Shown: positions 10,320 through 21,200 of the stretch, one piece after another
How the letters are laid out: each line of letters begins with the position of its first letter
How positions within the stretch are numbered: the stretch's first letter is position 1
Source of the DNA: Malacoraja senta
Taxonomy: Eukaryota
Direction of reading: 5' to 3'
DNA length: 34,964 nt
Assembly: GCA_038087875.1 (NCBI GenBank)
Contig: JAXLNO010003911.1
Location: forward strand, 62,001-96,964
Program-made: the position numbers and the translations under genes
The notes under the pieces: model-generated
Told to the model about the DNA's origin: nothing
Database searches by the model: none
What the model saw: only the letters and a program-made list of their open reading frames with translations

Positions 10320-11241
10320 GCCAGAATTGGTCACCCTGTCCCTACTGCTGCTGCAATATACCCCCGAGGGGCCGTCACCCCAATAGTATGCAGAAGGCAG
10401 TGCTTGTAAGAGAGGGGGAGAGCCACAGAGAGTCCTGCACTACCCGCTGCCTCTTCTGACGACCACCCATGTGGCTGAACCTCATTACGATCATGGCTGA
10501 TCATCCACAATCAGTACCCCGGCCCTGCCTTCTCCCCATTCCCCTTGATTCCGCTAGCCCCAAGAGCTCTATCTAACTATTTTAAATGCATCCGGTGAAT
10601 TGGCCTCTGCTGCCTTCTGTGGCAGAGAATTCCACAAATTCACAACTCTCTGGGTGAAGTTTTTTCTCATCTCCGTCTTCACCGCGTGAACCTACGCTGC
10701 ACTGCCTCAATAGCAAGGATGTCTTTCTTCAAATTAGGAGACCAAATTTCACATAATACTCCAGATATGGTCTCAGCAGGGCCCTGTCCAACTGCAGAAG
10801 GACCTCTTTACTCCTGTACTCAAATCCTCTTGTTATGAAGGCCAACATTTCATTCGCTTTCTCCACTGCCTGTTGTACCCACATCTTTACTTTCAGTGTC
10901 TGATGCACAAGGACATCCAGGTCTCGTTCCACTTCCCTTTTTCCCTTGGTTCTGGACTCCCCCAACATCGGGAATGTGTTTTCAGCCTCTAGCATGTCCA
11001 AACTCTTAATAATCTTGTATGTTTCAATAATATCACCTCTCATCCTTCTAAATCCCAGAGTATACAAGCCCAGCCACTCCATTCTCTCAGGATATGACAA
11101 TCCCACCATCCCGGGAATTAACCTTGTAAAGCTCCGCTGCACTCCCTCAACAACCCCTGATTTCTGTGCTAATCAAGAATCTTTCTACCTATGCCTTAAA
11201 AATATCCACTGACCTGGCCTCCACAGCCTTCTGTGGCAAAG
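10320..11241 (-). mobile_element. Patchwork of CR1 fragments (ORF1 piece, RT C-terminus, 3' UTRs)
   Basis: The minus ORF 10729-11142 (QRSFTRLIPG...QQAVEKANEMLAFITRGFEYRSKEV) has its segments out of order. CR1 3' UTR sequence lies at 10485-10570 and 11155-11241. Confidence 0.8.
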
Positions 11242-11467
11242 AATAGTAAGATTAAACGAGAACTTACCAGTTTGAAGTTTGATCTTTATTTTATGAGGAG
11301 TTACGTTGGTGATTACGTGAAGAACCCCGTCAGGGCGCATGCGCGTCAATCTTCAAAGCAGCGGTATGAAATCACAGACACCATAATTGAAGTAACAAAT
11401 TAAGATGATCAACATGAGAACTACCATTATGACCTTTTTTCTATGAGAGAGGGTTGGGCGTGGCGGG

Positions 11468-11578
11468 CACGTAATCACCAACGTAACTCCTCATAAAATA
11501 AAGATCAAACTTCAAACTGGTAAGTTCTCGTTTAATCTTACTATTTTACTTCGGAGTTACGTGAGTGACTACGTGAAG
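11468..11578. other. DIRS internal complementary region (ICR) copying the circle junction
   Basis: 11468-11545 is the perfect 78-bp reverse complement of 11242-11319. 11543-11578 is 34/36 complementary to 16012-16047. Confidence 0.93.
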
Positions 11579-11788
11579 ATTTTAAAGCTCTGATTTTTAT
11601 GCCGCAGATCAAAATCCCGGCTTCTCACTGCATCGATTGACTCTGAGTATCATCAATAATGCTGTAAACATGACATTGCATATCATGCAAAAACAAACAC
11701 TTTTATTTTGGGTCATAAAACAACCAATAAACCCTCTTAATGTAGGGGCAACAAACGAAACAGAATGAAACAGTATTGAAAACAGACT

Positions 11789-12750
11789 TTAAACAATAGC
11801 AACAGCACTCAATATTGAGTTGGCAAACAGCCCTCCATCGGCATTCGGCCGATGGTAGTATTGCTGAAACACAAGTTCATTTTTCCAACCTGCGGCTTTT
11901 AATATATGGTCGATGGGAATGTCCATCGCCCTGGCCGCGGATGTTGCTACTGCGCTAGTGGAATGAGATGTAAACACATAAATGTTAATTCCTGCCTGAA
12001 CCAACTCTTGCTTTAACCACCTTGAGATAGTCTGAACTGCCACTCTTTTATGTTGGCTTCTTGTAACTGAGAAATAATCCTGTTTCTTCTTGTCTTAAAG
12101 CCCTTGTGGCTTCAATGTAATGTAACAAATGTGTCCTTACACATAAACATGGAGCTGTAGGATATGCTGAGAACACAATCTTAAAACCTGTCACACCTGG
12201 CCTGCTTTGTTTGAGCAGGTCAGAAATATAAAACAGAACATTCTCTGTATTCACTTCCATTCTCTCGGACTGAAGTTTTTGGAAATTCTGCACTCTCTGT
12301 ACTGACACCAATGCCATTAGCATAGCCAATTTCATGGTTAATTTTAACAAAGTTATAGACCTGACAGGGACCCAATGACGAAGTATGTTACGAACAACAC
12401 TTACCTCGCAGATTACCATATACCTAGGCTTAGGCGGTTTGGAATTAAAGATTCCTTTCATCAACCTAGATATGAGAGGGTGAGAACCTATACTTTGTGT
12501 CCGTGTACCTATTACAAGATATGCCGACAAAGCACTTCTAGCTGTATTGATAGCAGTATAGCTAAGACCTTCATCATAATAAAGTGTAGATAAACTCTAA
12601 CACATTTTCAATAACTACAGTATCATATTGAATATTCTTTTGAACACAATATTGTTCCCATTTTTTTTTTCATGTCATATACTGTTTTTGAGTACTGTTT
12701 CTCCAGGCTGCAGTGAGTATATCCACCGTTGGCCTAGAAAGTCCTCGACC
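11789..12750 (-). pseudogene. DIRS tyrosine recombinase, frameshifted
   Basis: GSHPLISRLMKGIFNSKPPKPRY, KLAMLMALVSVQRVQ, TISRWLK, HSTS (usually HSTR), AAGW and FQQYY. Confidence 0.9.
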
Positions 12751-12896
12751 AATGTAAGGCATTCTTAAAACCTGCAAATTAACAGATCCATACCATCACA
12801 TAACGGATGAACTTAATGCGTTACTGGATGCTCCAGCAAATTCCTACTGTTTGGAATCGGCAAAAGGAGGTTGGATCGCTATCTGTAACATCAAAG

Positions 12897-13080
12897 GGAA
12901 CCATGGTTGAATCAGGCAATTTGGTATCACCAAAACCCCTGAAGCGGCATCCTGCTTGATTTTCTCAAACACCGACCTATGAGGCAGAATGGTGGGAAAA
13001 TGTACACAAACATATCATCCCAATTTAGTGAAAAAGCATCAATTGCCACTGCCCCTGGATCTGGTGCCTATGAAACATAT
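12897..13080 (-). pseudogene. DIRS N6-adenine methyltransferase-like domain remnant
   Basis: YVS*APDPGAVAIDAFSLNWDDMFVYIFPPFCLIGRCLRK, a 1-nt frameshift, then IKQDAASGVLVIPNCLIQPWFP. Confidence 0.8.
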
Positions 13081-13249
13081 TTTGGCCTTCCATATAGAAG
13101 TACTATGTTCTTGAACACATCCTGGTTCCACATCCACTCTGTGTTATGATGGAATTTTCGTGAGCTGCCATCTGGTACTACATTAAGTTTCCCTGGGAGA
13201 TAGATAGCTCCAATCCAAATCTCTCTATCCCTACTCCAGGTCCAATTGT

Positions 13250-14483
13250 ATTTGCCAACCTGTCACATGATAACAATTTGATTCCACCCATGTGATTCAT
13301 ATCAGCAACTGCTGTAGTGTTGTCTATTTTGCACTGCACATGCAAACTAGTTTAGTTAGTGCCATAAGCCTTGAGTCCATAAAATACTCTTGGTTAATTC
13401 CCCATGTTTGCAGAAGCAATGTTCATCTGTCTCCACCGCTGGATCTTGTATCAGTAGCACCCTACCCAAGTGCTCTGACATCTGTCTGCAACTCATGGAA
13501 GCTTGGTCCAATAACACTTTGGAACTACTAGTGGACACATGCTGAATCCACCATTGTACATCAGCAACAGCCTCTATTGATAGAAGCATAGGTCTATTAT
13601 AATGACCCCAATGTATCCTCAATGCTTGTTCCTTTGACCTTTGTAATTGTAGATAATAAAGTGGCCATATTGAACTGCTGGAAATGCTGCCAGCCATTAC
13701 CACAGCAGACTTGTCACCTGGCTAATTGAAGGCTGTGTGTTAGCAATTAACTTGATATAGCTCTTAATTAGCTCTACCCTTTTTTGCCTGGGCAAGGTCA
13801 CAATGATGTTGATTAAGTCCATTGTGAACCCAACTAGTCAATTTGTGTCACAGGTATAAATTTAGATTTCTCTGGATAGCTTATAAAGCCCAATTAAAAA
13901 TGGTTTTACCAACTGCCACTGATGCTTCAGCTGTTTCCTTTGATTGTCCTACAATCAAGATATTATCTAGTTAAGCCATGAACACATGACCTTGACTTCT
14001 CATCATGCCTAGAATAGGTTTTAACAACTTTGTAATACCTCTAGGAGCTGAAGAGAAACCATTAGGCAGTGGATTGTATTGGCATAATTGCCCCATCCAG
14101 CTGAATTTTAAATCTTCTATCCTGCAAATGAACAGACACTGAATCCGCATCTTTAAGATCTCCTTCACAAACGTTTCCATCTTAAAATGTCTATACCGTA
14201 CAAAAGGGTTAAGACTATTCAGGTCCGTATAATTCTGCATCCCCCCATCCTTTTTTGGTCTGGGAAAGATATTGGACACAAACTGATGGCTTTGGTAAAC
14301 TGCCTTAGCAATTACACCTTTATTACATAAGCTTGCAAGTTCCAGCTGAACTTCCAATTGTTCAGTGATACTGAAGTCAAACTCCTTTTTTGGAACATGT
14401 TGCATGGGTAAATCAGAATTTGCATTAAGCTTTATTTGATGCCCTTGAATAACCTTCAGTATAAACATATCTGAGGTAAACAT
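13250..14483 (-). pseudogene. DIRS reverse transcriptase and RNase H, disabled
   Basis: FVSNIFPRPKKDGG, DLNSLN, HFKMET and LPNGFSSAPR. The YLDD motif has decayed to *LDN, with TAA at 13973-13971. DVQWWIQH occurs at the RT/RH junction. Confidence 0.88.
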
Positions 14484-14539
14484 TTAATTGTATCACATTA
14501 GATCTGTCTACATGAGAACCAGACCCTCTTACCTCCTTA

Positions 14540-15950
14540 CCACCTGGCATTCTTCCCCGGCCTTGAGCTGGATATCTCACCTCCGTGGCGGTGCTACAGC
14601 CGAACGCCAACTGCGCTGCATCGTAGCTGGACTCGTCCCTTGCCCGGACCAGTCTGCTCCCTTATAGGGATACTTCCGCTTTGGTGAATATGTGGCTGCC
14701 GTCTTAGCCTCCTCCTCCAGCTCCTTCACCTGCTGTGCGAAATCCTCGCCAAACAGCTGTGCCGGTTGCACTGTGCCAGGCTGGCAGAGTGAAGCATATT
14801 TAGCATTGATGGTTGGTCTAATCGCATCTTGCGGAGGCAGTTGATCTCAAAGTGGGCACTCCACAATAGCGCCTTTTGTTGTAATTTGTCATGGCCTCTC
14901 CATCCACCATCCTGGCAAAGCTCGTTATACCAGATGCCAGCAACTTTAAAAATATGCTGGAGCTTCACATGCTCCTGGGCTTTCATTAGTATGCCCATCT
15001 TGCCCCAATTCTTCCTGTTCCCAACAGGAACTTTTAACAGTCCACAGTTGATTGGGGCTTCATACTTCGTTACTGTCTCATCCATTGTCAGCTCCTGTAG
15101 CTTATGTGAGACTTGGTAATTTATGCTGGTGGCAAGTTCCTCACCCAGAGGCTCACCAGCGTCCGACGACATGGCAAACTGTGCTGCACACGGTGTCAGC
15201 TCTGGCAGCTGCCTTCTCTCCCTTTGGAAGTCGTCGGACTCAGGGTCAGAGCGTATCTGCCCTTCTGCACTCACCTCTTGCAAAGAGGGTGCTTTCAAGC
15301 AGGCCTCTACTAGGCACTGCCAGCGGAGCCGTCCCCACGGCCTCCCGCCTGCACAACTCCTCCTGGAGTATGGCTTTATGAAGCAGACCTCTCCTAGGCA
15401 CTGCCAGCGGAGCCTTCCTTAAGGCTTCCCGCCTGCACAACTCCTCCTGGAGTGTGGCTTTATGAAGCAGACCTCTCCTAGGCACTGCCAGCGGAGCCTT
15501 CTCTATGACTTCCCTCCAGCACTACTCCTCCTGGAGCGTCTCTGTGGAGCAGCCCCTGTATGAGCTGCTCCTTTTGGATAACCGCTGGGGAACGGTATCC
15601 TGTCCCCGACGGGACTCTCGTGACCCGACTCTGCGGAGTCTATAGCCCTTACTGACTTGGGTTATGCCTACCGCCCGACTGGCGTTGGCTGTGTACCCGG
15701 CTGGGCACTTTGCCACGTCTGTCGCCGCACCGCTACCGGCTTGCGACTCCCCCGAGGTGACAGGCTGCCTTTCAGAGACTGCGTCCCGCAGCTCTCTCTC
15801 TCCTTGTCGGCAGCAGCCTGCACCTTTTCCTTGTTCCTGTATGTGTGGGAAAAAACACACAGAAACACTTTCTTTACTTTTCTCTAACTCCTCCAAAGTC
15901 TCCCCGACTTTGGTGGAGCTGTAATTACTCACCTGTAGCAAGAGCTCCAT
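14540..15950 (-). pseudogene. DIRS gag-like ORF1, fragmented
   Basis: EAPINCGLLKVP and QLFGEDFAQQVKELEE segments sit between the left terminus and RT. Confidence 0.65.
15292..15535. repeat. 84-bp tandem repeat (about 2.8 copies) in the DIRS gag region
   Basis: cctct.ctaggcactgccagcggagcc starts at 15304, 15388 and 15472. Confidence 0.95.
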
Positions 15951-16574
15951 GCTCCTGCTGCCGTTGTCGCCAATGCGTCAGACGTAATGACGCGCATGCG
16001 CCCTGACGGGTCTTCACGTAGTCACTCACATGACTCCGAAGTAAAATCAAGTGCTTAAAGTGCAAAACAAAAAGCCAGCAGGTAGATGCAGCACACAACG
16101 CAGAATGTGATTAGCATATTGGCGTTCAAAGTAGGTTACTATTGTAATTATGGTACATGATGTTGCTAAGGACATATCAGGAGCACTGTGCACAGCTTGG
16201 TCCTGAAATTTAAGAAAGGATATATTAATATTGGATATCAGCTAGAAGAGATTTCTGGAATAAGCAAGTATTGCCTAACTATGAATGGCTGAAATCACTG
16301 GTTCTGTGTCCCTTAGAGATGACAAGAAACAGAGTTAACCTTATGAATGTATTAAAGAGGCATGATGTGGTGGTGAATTGATGGATAATGCGTGGATATA
16401 TTCTAAAAGAACAGGGAATTGTGTCTTATGTGGAATAAGCACAGTAAAGGAGTTGAGGCCTCAGTCATATCAGTTGTTATCAACATAAATTGCTAGATAG
16501 CTCTAATTTGTACAAATGCAGGGCAGTCTATTGAGAATTTCTGTCATGTTTGATAAACTTAATTTAACTCTTCA

Positions 16575-16580
16575 TTTATT
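16575..16580 (-). terminator. Candidate polyadenylation signal AATAAA
   Basis: tttatt on the plus strand, just downstream of the candidate stop codon. Confidence 0.5.
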
Positions 16581-16631
16581 TCAGTTCCTGCATTTTAATC
16601 ACATCCATGAAATCTTCTACTCAGCGATTGG

Positions 16632-16672
16632 TTAGCAGTGCACGTTCTGCTTTGGTTGAATATTTTGATAAT
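16632..16672 (-). CDS. Candidate terminal (cytoplasmic tail) exon of the MHC class I-like gene
   Basis: Branch-like ctaat, then the polypyrimidine acceptor ttccctcctcag (16673). Phase 1 matches the TM exon and gives (D)YQNIQPKQNVHC*. AATAAA lies about 50 nt after the stop. Confidence 0.6.
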
Positions 16673-16802
16673 CTGAGGAGGGAAATTAAATATTAGACAA
16701 CAAAGAAATGGCATAGCAGAGAACAGAACTCAGAAAGATGCAACTAGTTTATTCGCTTTAACTGTTGATTCATCCCACATAACATCTTCCTTCCAGATAT
16801 AA

Positions 16803-17046
16803 AGGCACAGCGCAAGACACCTGGGTTTGATCCTGACCACGGGTGATGTCTGTACGGAATTTGTACCTTCTCCCTGTGACTGCATGGGTTTTCTCCAGGT
16901 GCTCCAGTTTCCTCCCACATTCCAAAGACAGATATGCAGGTTTGTAGGTTAATTGACTTGTGTCCCTAGCTTATGTGGGTGATCGTTGGTAGGTGCGGCC
17001 TCAGTGGGCCGAAGTGTCTGTTTCAATGCTCTCTCTCTAAACTAAA
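16803..17046 (+). mobile_element. V-SINE / HE1-type SINE
   Basis: Degenerate B box (gggtttgatcc) and the V-domain-like gttttctccaggtgctccagtttcctcccacattccaaagac. Confidence 0.8.
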
Positions 17047-17074
17047 CAAAAAACTCAATACTCCTTCAAATAGT

Positions 17075-17308
17075 TTCGTTCACACAAGTTCTATGTTATC
17101 TAACTTTCGCTTCCACATTAGGGTCAAATTACCGAGACCAATTAACCCATAAAACCTGTCATCTTTAGTATGTGTGTGAAAACTGGAGGACAGTGGAAAC
17201 CCATGCGGTCATAGGGAATACATGCAAACTTCACACAGCCGACAACCGAGGTTAGGATTGAACTGATGTGTATGACGCACTGAGGCAGCAGCTCTATCAG
17301 CAGCGCCA
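17075..17308 (-). mobile_element. V-SINE / HE1-type SINE, old
   Basis: Reverse-complement match to the same SINE body (ggaaacccatgcggtcatagggaatacatgcaaact). Confidence 0.7.
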
Positions 17309-18204
17309 CTCTGCCTCAGGTTGCATCATGTTCAGCACAAACGTTGTTGGACAAAGGACCTGTTCCTCTATTACAGGGGCATTCCCATTCACCGTAACAT
17401 TCAGCGAACTCAGCACCATTGGGTCACTGGAAATATTCCCTGCCTGACCATCAGATCCCTCCAGATCAGTCGGACAGACACCAGTTAGGCAGCATCTGCC
17501 TGCAAATGATTCATGTCCCTCAAACCCCTGCATCTCCATGCACCCACGAAGGTGCACCCCAGACGCCACCATCCCTGGCAGTGCTTTCCAGGCACACACC
17601 ACATAGTATGTAATACAAACTTGCCCTTTTTTAAAAACTGCAGCTTCTACCCTGCACTGAATATAATGCAATAAGTTAAATGCCATAGTAGGCATTTAGT
17701 TAATTGGGATAATTTTAGTCAATTTGGAGGTGTGATTGCAAATCTTGTACAATATCATAAACCAAGTAAAATGTGACAAAGTCAAAATGGCCAGCCACAA
17801 AGAACAGAATAATCATGAACATCAATAACATGTCAATAACTAGACTCTCCTAGCAGCAGCATGCTGTAAGGTTGCAAACTCGTTTGCTCCCTTAACATTT
17901 AACTTCCACTGACCACTCTTTCAATGTTACTGGTGACTATTTGACTTCAAGACACCGTCTAACTGTTCATAAAGTGTTGATAACACTTTTACACGCCTTA
18001 ATCGTGAAAAGGATGGAGACAAGAAGGAAAGGAGGATCCCCAAAGAAGGAACTGGGGAAAAGCCACAACCACAGCTGCAGCTTCTGATTCCAGCATCATA
18101 GAAGCAATATCGAAAATGAACGATGAATTGAAAAATGAGCTGAAAAATGAAATGAAAACAAGATTTGGCAGTTTGGAAATGGTGAAAGGAGTTTCGACCA
18201 AATT

Positions 18205-21200
18205 AGAAACATAGAAACATAGAAAATAGGTGCAGGAGTAGGCTATTCGGCCCTTCGAGCCTGCACCGCCATTCAATATGATCATGGCTGATCATCCAAC
18301 TCAGTATCCTGTACCTGCCTTCTCTCCATACCCCCTGATCCCTTTAGCCACAAGGGCCACATCTAACTCCCTCTTAAATATAGCCAATGAACTGGCCTCA
18401 ACTACCTTCTGTGGCAGAGAGTTCCAGAGATTCACCACTCTCTGTGTGAAAAAAAAAATTCTCATCTCGGTCCTAAAGGATTTCCCCTTAATCCTTAAAC
18501 TGTGACCCCTTGTCCTGGACTTCCCCAACATTGGGAACAATCTTCCTGCATCTAGCCTGTCCAACCCCTTAAGAATTTTGTACGTTTCTATAAGATCCCC
18601 CCTCAATCTTCTAAATTCTAGCGAGTACAAACCGAGTCTATCCAGTCTTTCTTCATATGAAAGTCCTGACATCCCAGGAATCAGTCTGGTGAACCTTCTC
18701 TGTACTCCCTCTATGGCAAGAATGTATTTCCTCAGATTAGGAGACCAAAACTGTACGCAATACCTCAGGTGTGGTCTCACCAAGACCCGGTACAACTGCA
18801 GTAGAACCTCCCTGCTCCTATACTCAAATCCTTTTGCTATGAATGCTAACATACCATTCGCCTTCTTCACTGCCTGCTGCACCTGTATGCCTACTTTTAA
18901 TGACTGGTGTACCATGACACCCAGGTCTCGTTGCATCTCCCCTTTTCCTAATCAGCCACCATTCTGATAATAGTCTACTTTCCTGTTTTTGCCGCCAAAG
19001 TGGACAACCTCACATTTATTCACATTATACTGCATCTGCCATGCATTTTCCCCACTCAACCAGCCTATCCAAGTCACCTTGCAGCCTCCGAGCATCCTCC
19101 TCACAGCTAACACTGCCCCCCAGCGATGTGTCATCCGCAAACTTGGAGATGTTGCATTCAAATCCCTCGTCCAAATCATTAATATTAGCAATGTTACAAA
19201 ATTTTGAGATTTAAAAAATAAAGTCTGCAATTTATCCCATCAGATAAAGCATAAAAAGAAGTTTAATTTGACACTTAATTCACTTTCATATCTTCAGTAT
19301 TAAAAAAGTTATGGCCATTATCATACTCAGAAATTAGCATCTAGTTCCCTATTGCTTTTCCATTGACTTAACACAAAAGCTGTGATCGAGGACAGTTAAA
19401 AGCCCATAACTTTCTTAAAAATTATGGTAACTGAAAGAAATTTTCAGGTATTATAGATTGAAGCATTCTGAAACAAATATGAAACAATCTTACTTCGAAG
19501 ACATGAAAGTAAAGCATATAATTAGTTAGTTACCTAATTGTAGCTAATTACAAAATTCAATTACTAGATCTAAACATCTATCAATTTCTTAAGAATAGAT
19601 TAACATTTTTAAATAGCCTAAGTGTCCAAATAACATTCACACAATAATTCACAATATAACATAATTTTTAAATCTAATTTTCATGAATTTACAGGCCAAA
19701 TGGAAGGAATTGAATGTTTAATACCTGTAAATTAATGGGGATTTAATTCATCTTGCGAGTGAGAATTACTGGAACGCGATCTTTTGGAACGTTCATTTGC
19801 GGTGAATTTAACCCCGTATTGGCATGAAAAATACTGCCGTTAATTCGGGGAATAAAATCACCGTGTCGCATGACAAAATGTGAATTAAAGGCTTCTTAAG
19901 AAGCACTTTTATACATTTAAAGAAAGCACTTTTGTTTACCTGTCCATTGTGTGAAATCCGTCCCCGTTATTGGCGTTGACGCTTCAGGAGCTGCTTTTAA
20001 AATGACTCTAGCGCTGACATTGATGATTTAATTTTAAAAAAAAATTCACAAATCGCCGGTAGGAACGATTTTGTCAGCGAAGTTTTGTACTCCAACAAAA
20101 TATTTCCAGGACAAGGGAGAAACCCGCGTTTTAACCCCGCCCCCCCCTTAAAGGCGCCAAAATCGCGCACACGGCCAGTGGCAGAATTACAGCGCGACTG
20201 AAGGTAAGTTTTGTAACATACCTATTAATATATATCGTAAATAGCTGGGGTCCCAGCACTGAGCCATAGCGGTACCCCACTAGTCACTGCCTGCCATTGT
20301 GAAAAGGACCCGTTTACTCCTACTCTTTGCTTCCTGTCTGCCAGCCAGTTCTCTATCCACATCAATACTGAACCCCCAATACCGTGTGCTTTAAGTTTGT
20401 ATACTAATCTCTTATGTGGGACCTTGTCGAAAGCCTTCTGAAAGTCCAGATATAACACATCCACTGGTTCTCCCTTACCCACTCTACTAGTTACATCCTC
20501 GAAAAATTCTATGATTCGTCAGACATGATTTACCTTTCATAAATCCATGCTGACTTTGTCCAATGATTTCACCACTTTCCAAATGTGCTGCTATCCCATC
20601 TTTAATAACTGATTCTAGCAGTTTCCCCACTACCGACGTTAGACTAACTGGTCTGTAATTCCCCGTTTTCTCTCTCCCTCCCTTTTTAAAAAGTGGGGTT
20701 ACATTAGCTACCCTCCAATCCTCAGGAACTACTCCAGAATCTAAAGAGTTTTGAAAAATTATCACTAATGCATCCACTATTTCTGGGGCTACTTCCTTAA
20801 GTACTGTGGGATGCAGCCTATCTGGCCCTGGGGATTTATCGGCCTTTAATCCATTCAATTTACCTAACACCACTTCCCGGCTAACCTGGATTTCACTCAG
20901 TTCCTCCATTTGACCCCCGGTCCCCTGCTATTTCCGGCAGATTATTTATGTCTTCCTTAGTGAAGACAGAACCAAAGTAGTTATTCAATTGGTCTGCCAT
21001 GTCCTTGTTCCCCATGATCAATTCACCTGTTTCTGACTGCAAGGGACCTACATTTGTTTTAACTAATCTTTTTCTCTTCACATATCTATAAAAGCTTTTG
21101 CAGTCAGTTTTTATGTTCCCTGCCAGTTTTCTTTCATAATCTATTTTCCCTTTCCTAATTAAGCCCTTTGTCCTCCTCTGCTGGACTCTGAATTTCTCCC

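Larger units (their letters stand above)
11242..16047 (-). mobile_element. Full-length DIRS1-like tyrosine-recombinase retrotransposon (about 4.8 kb), disabled
   Basis: Inverted terminal repeats at about 11311-11347 and 15988-16024. The ICR (11468-11578) is complementary to both outer ends, joined at an ATT trinucleotide. Gag, RT, RNase H, methylase and YR remnants occur in the expected order. Both ends read AAT on the plus strand. Confidence 0.95.

Noticed and set aside
9941-10459. Pro/Ser/Leu-rich and Gly/Glu/Arg-rich ORFs here and at 5437-6066
   Set aside because: They are translations of C/T minisatellite, which has few stop codons.
11789-13080. Tyrosine recombinase plus adenine methylase as a phage, integron or bacterial contaminant
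   Set aside because: Both sit in the canonical order inside a DIRS element with ITRs and ICR, embedded in vertebrate repeats.
15292-15535. Regularly spaced repeats as a CRISPR-like array
   Set aside because: The whole 84-bp unit is repeated, with no unique spacers, in a eukaryotic context.
17880-18012. L1 5' end and target-site duplication
   Set aside because: I could not find a convincing duplication matching the sequence after the 3' tail at 27296, so the L1 start is left approximate.
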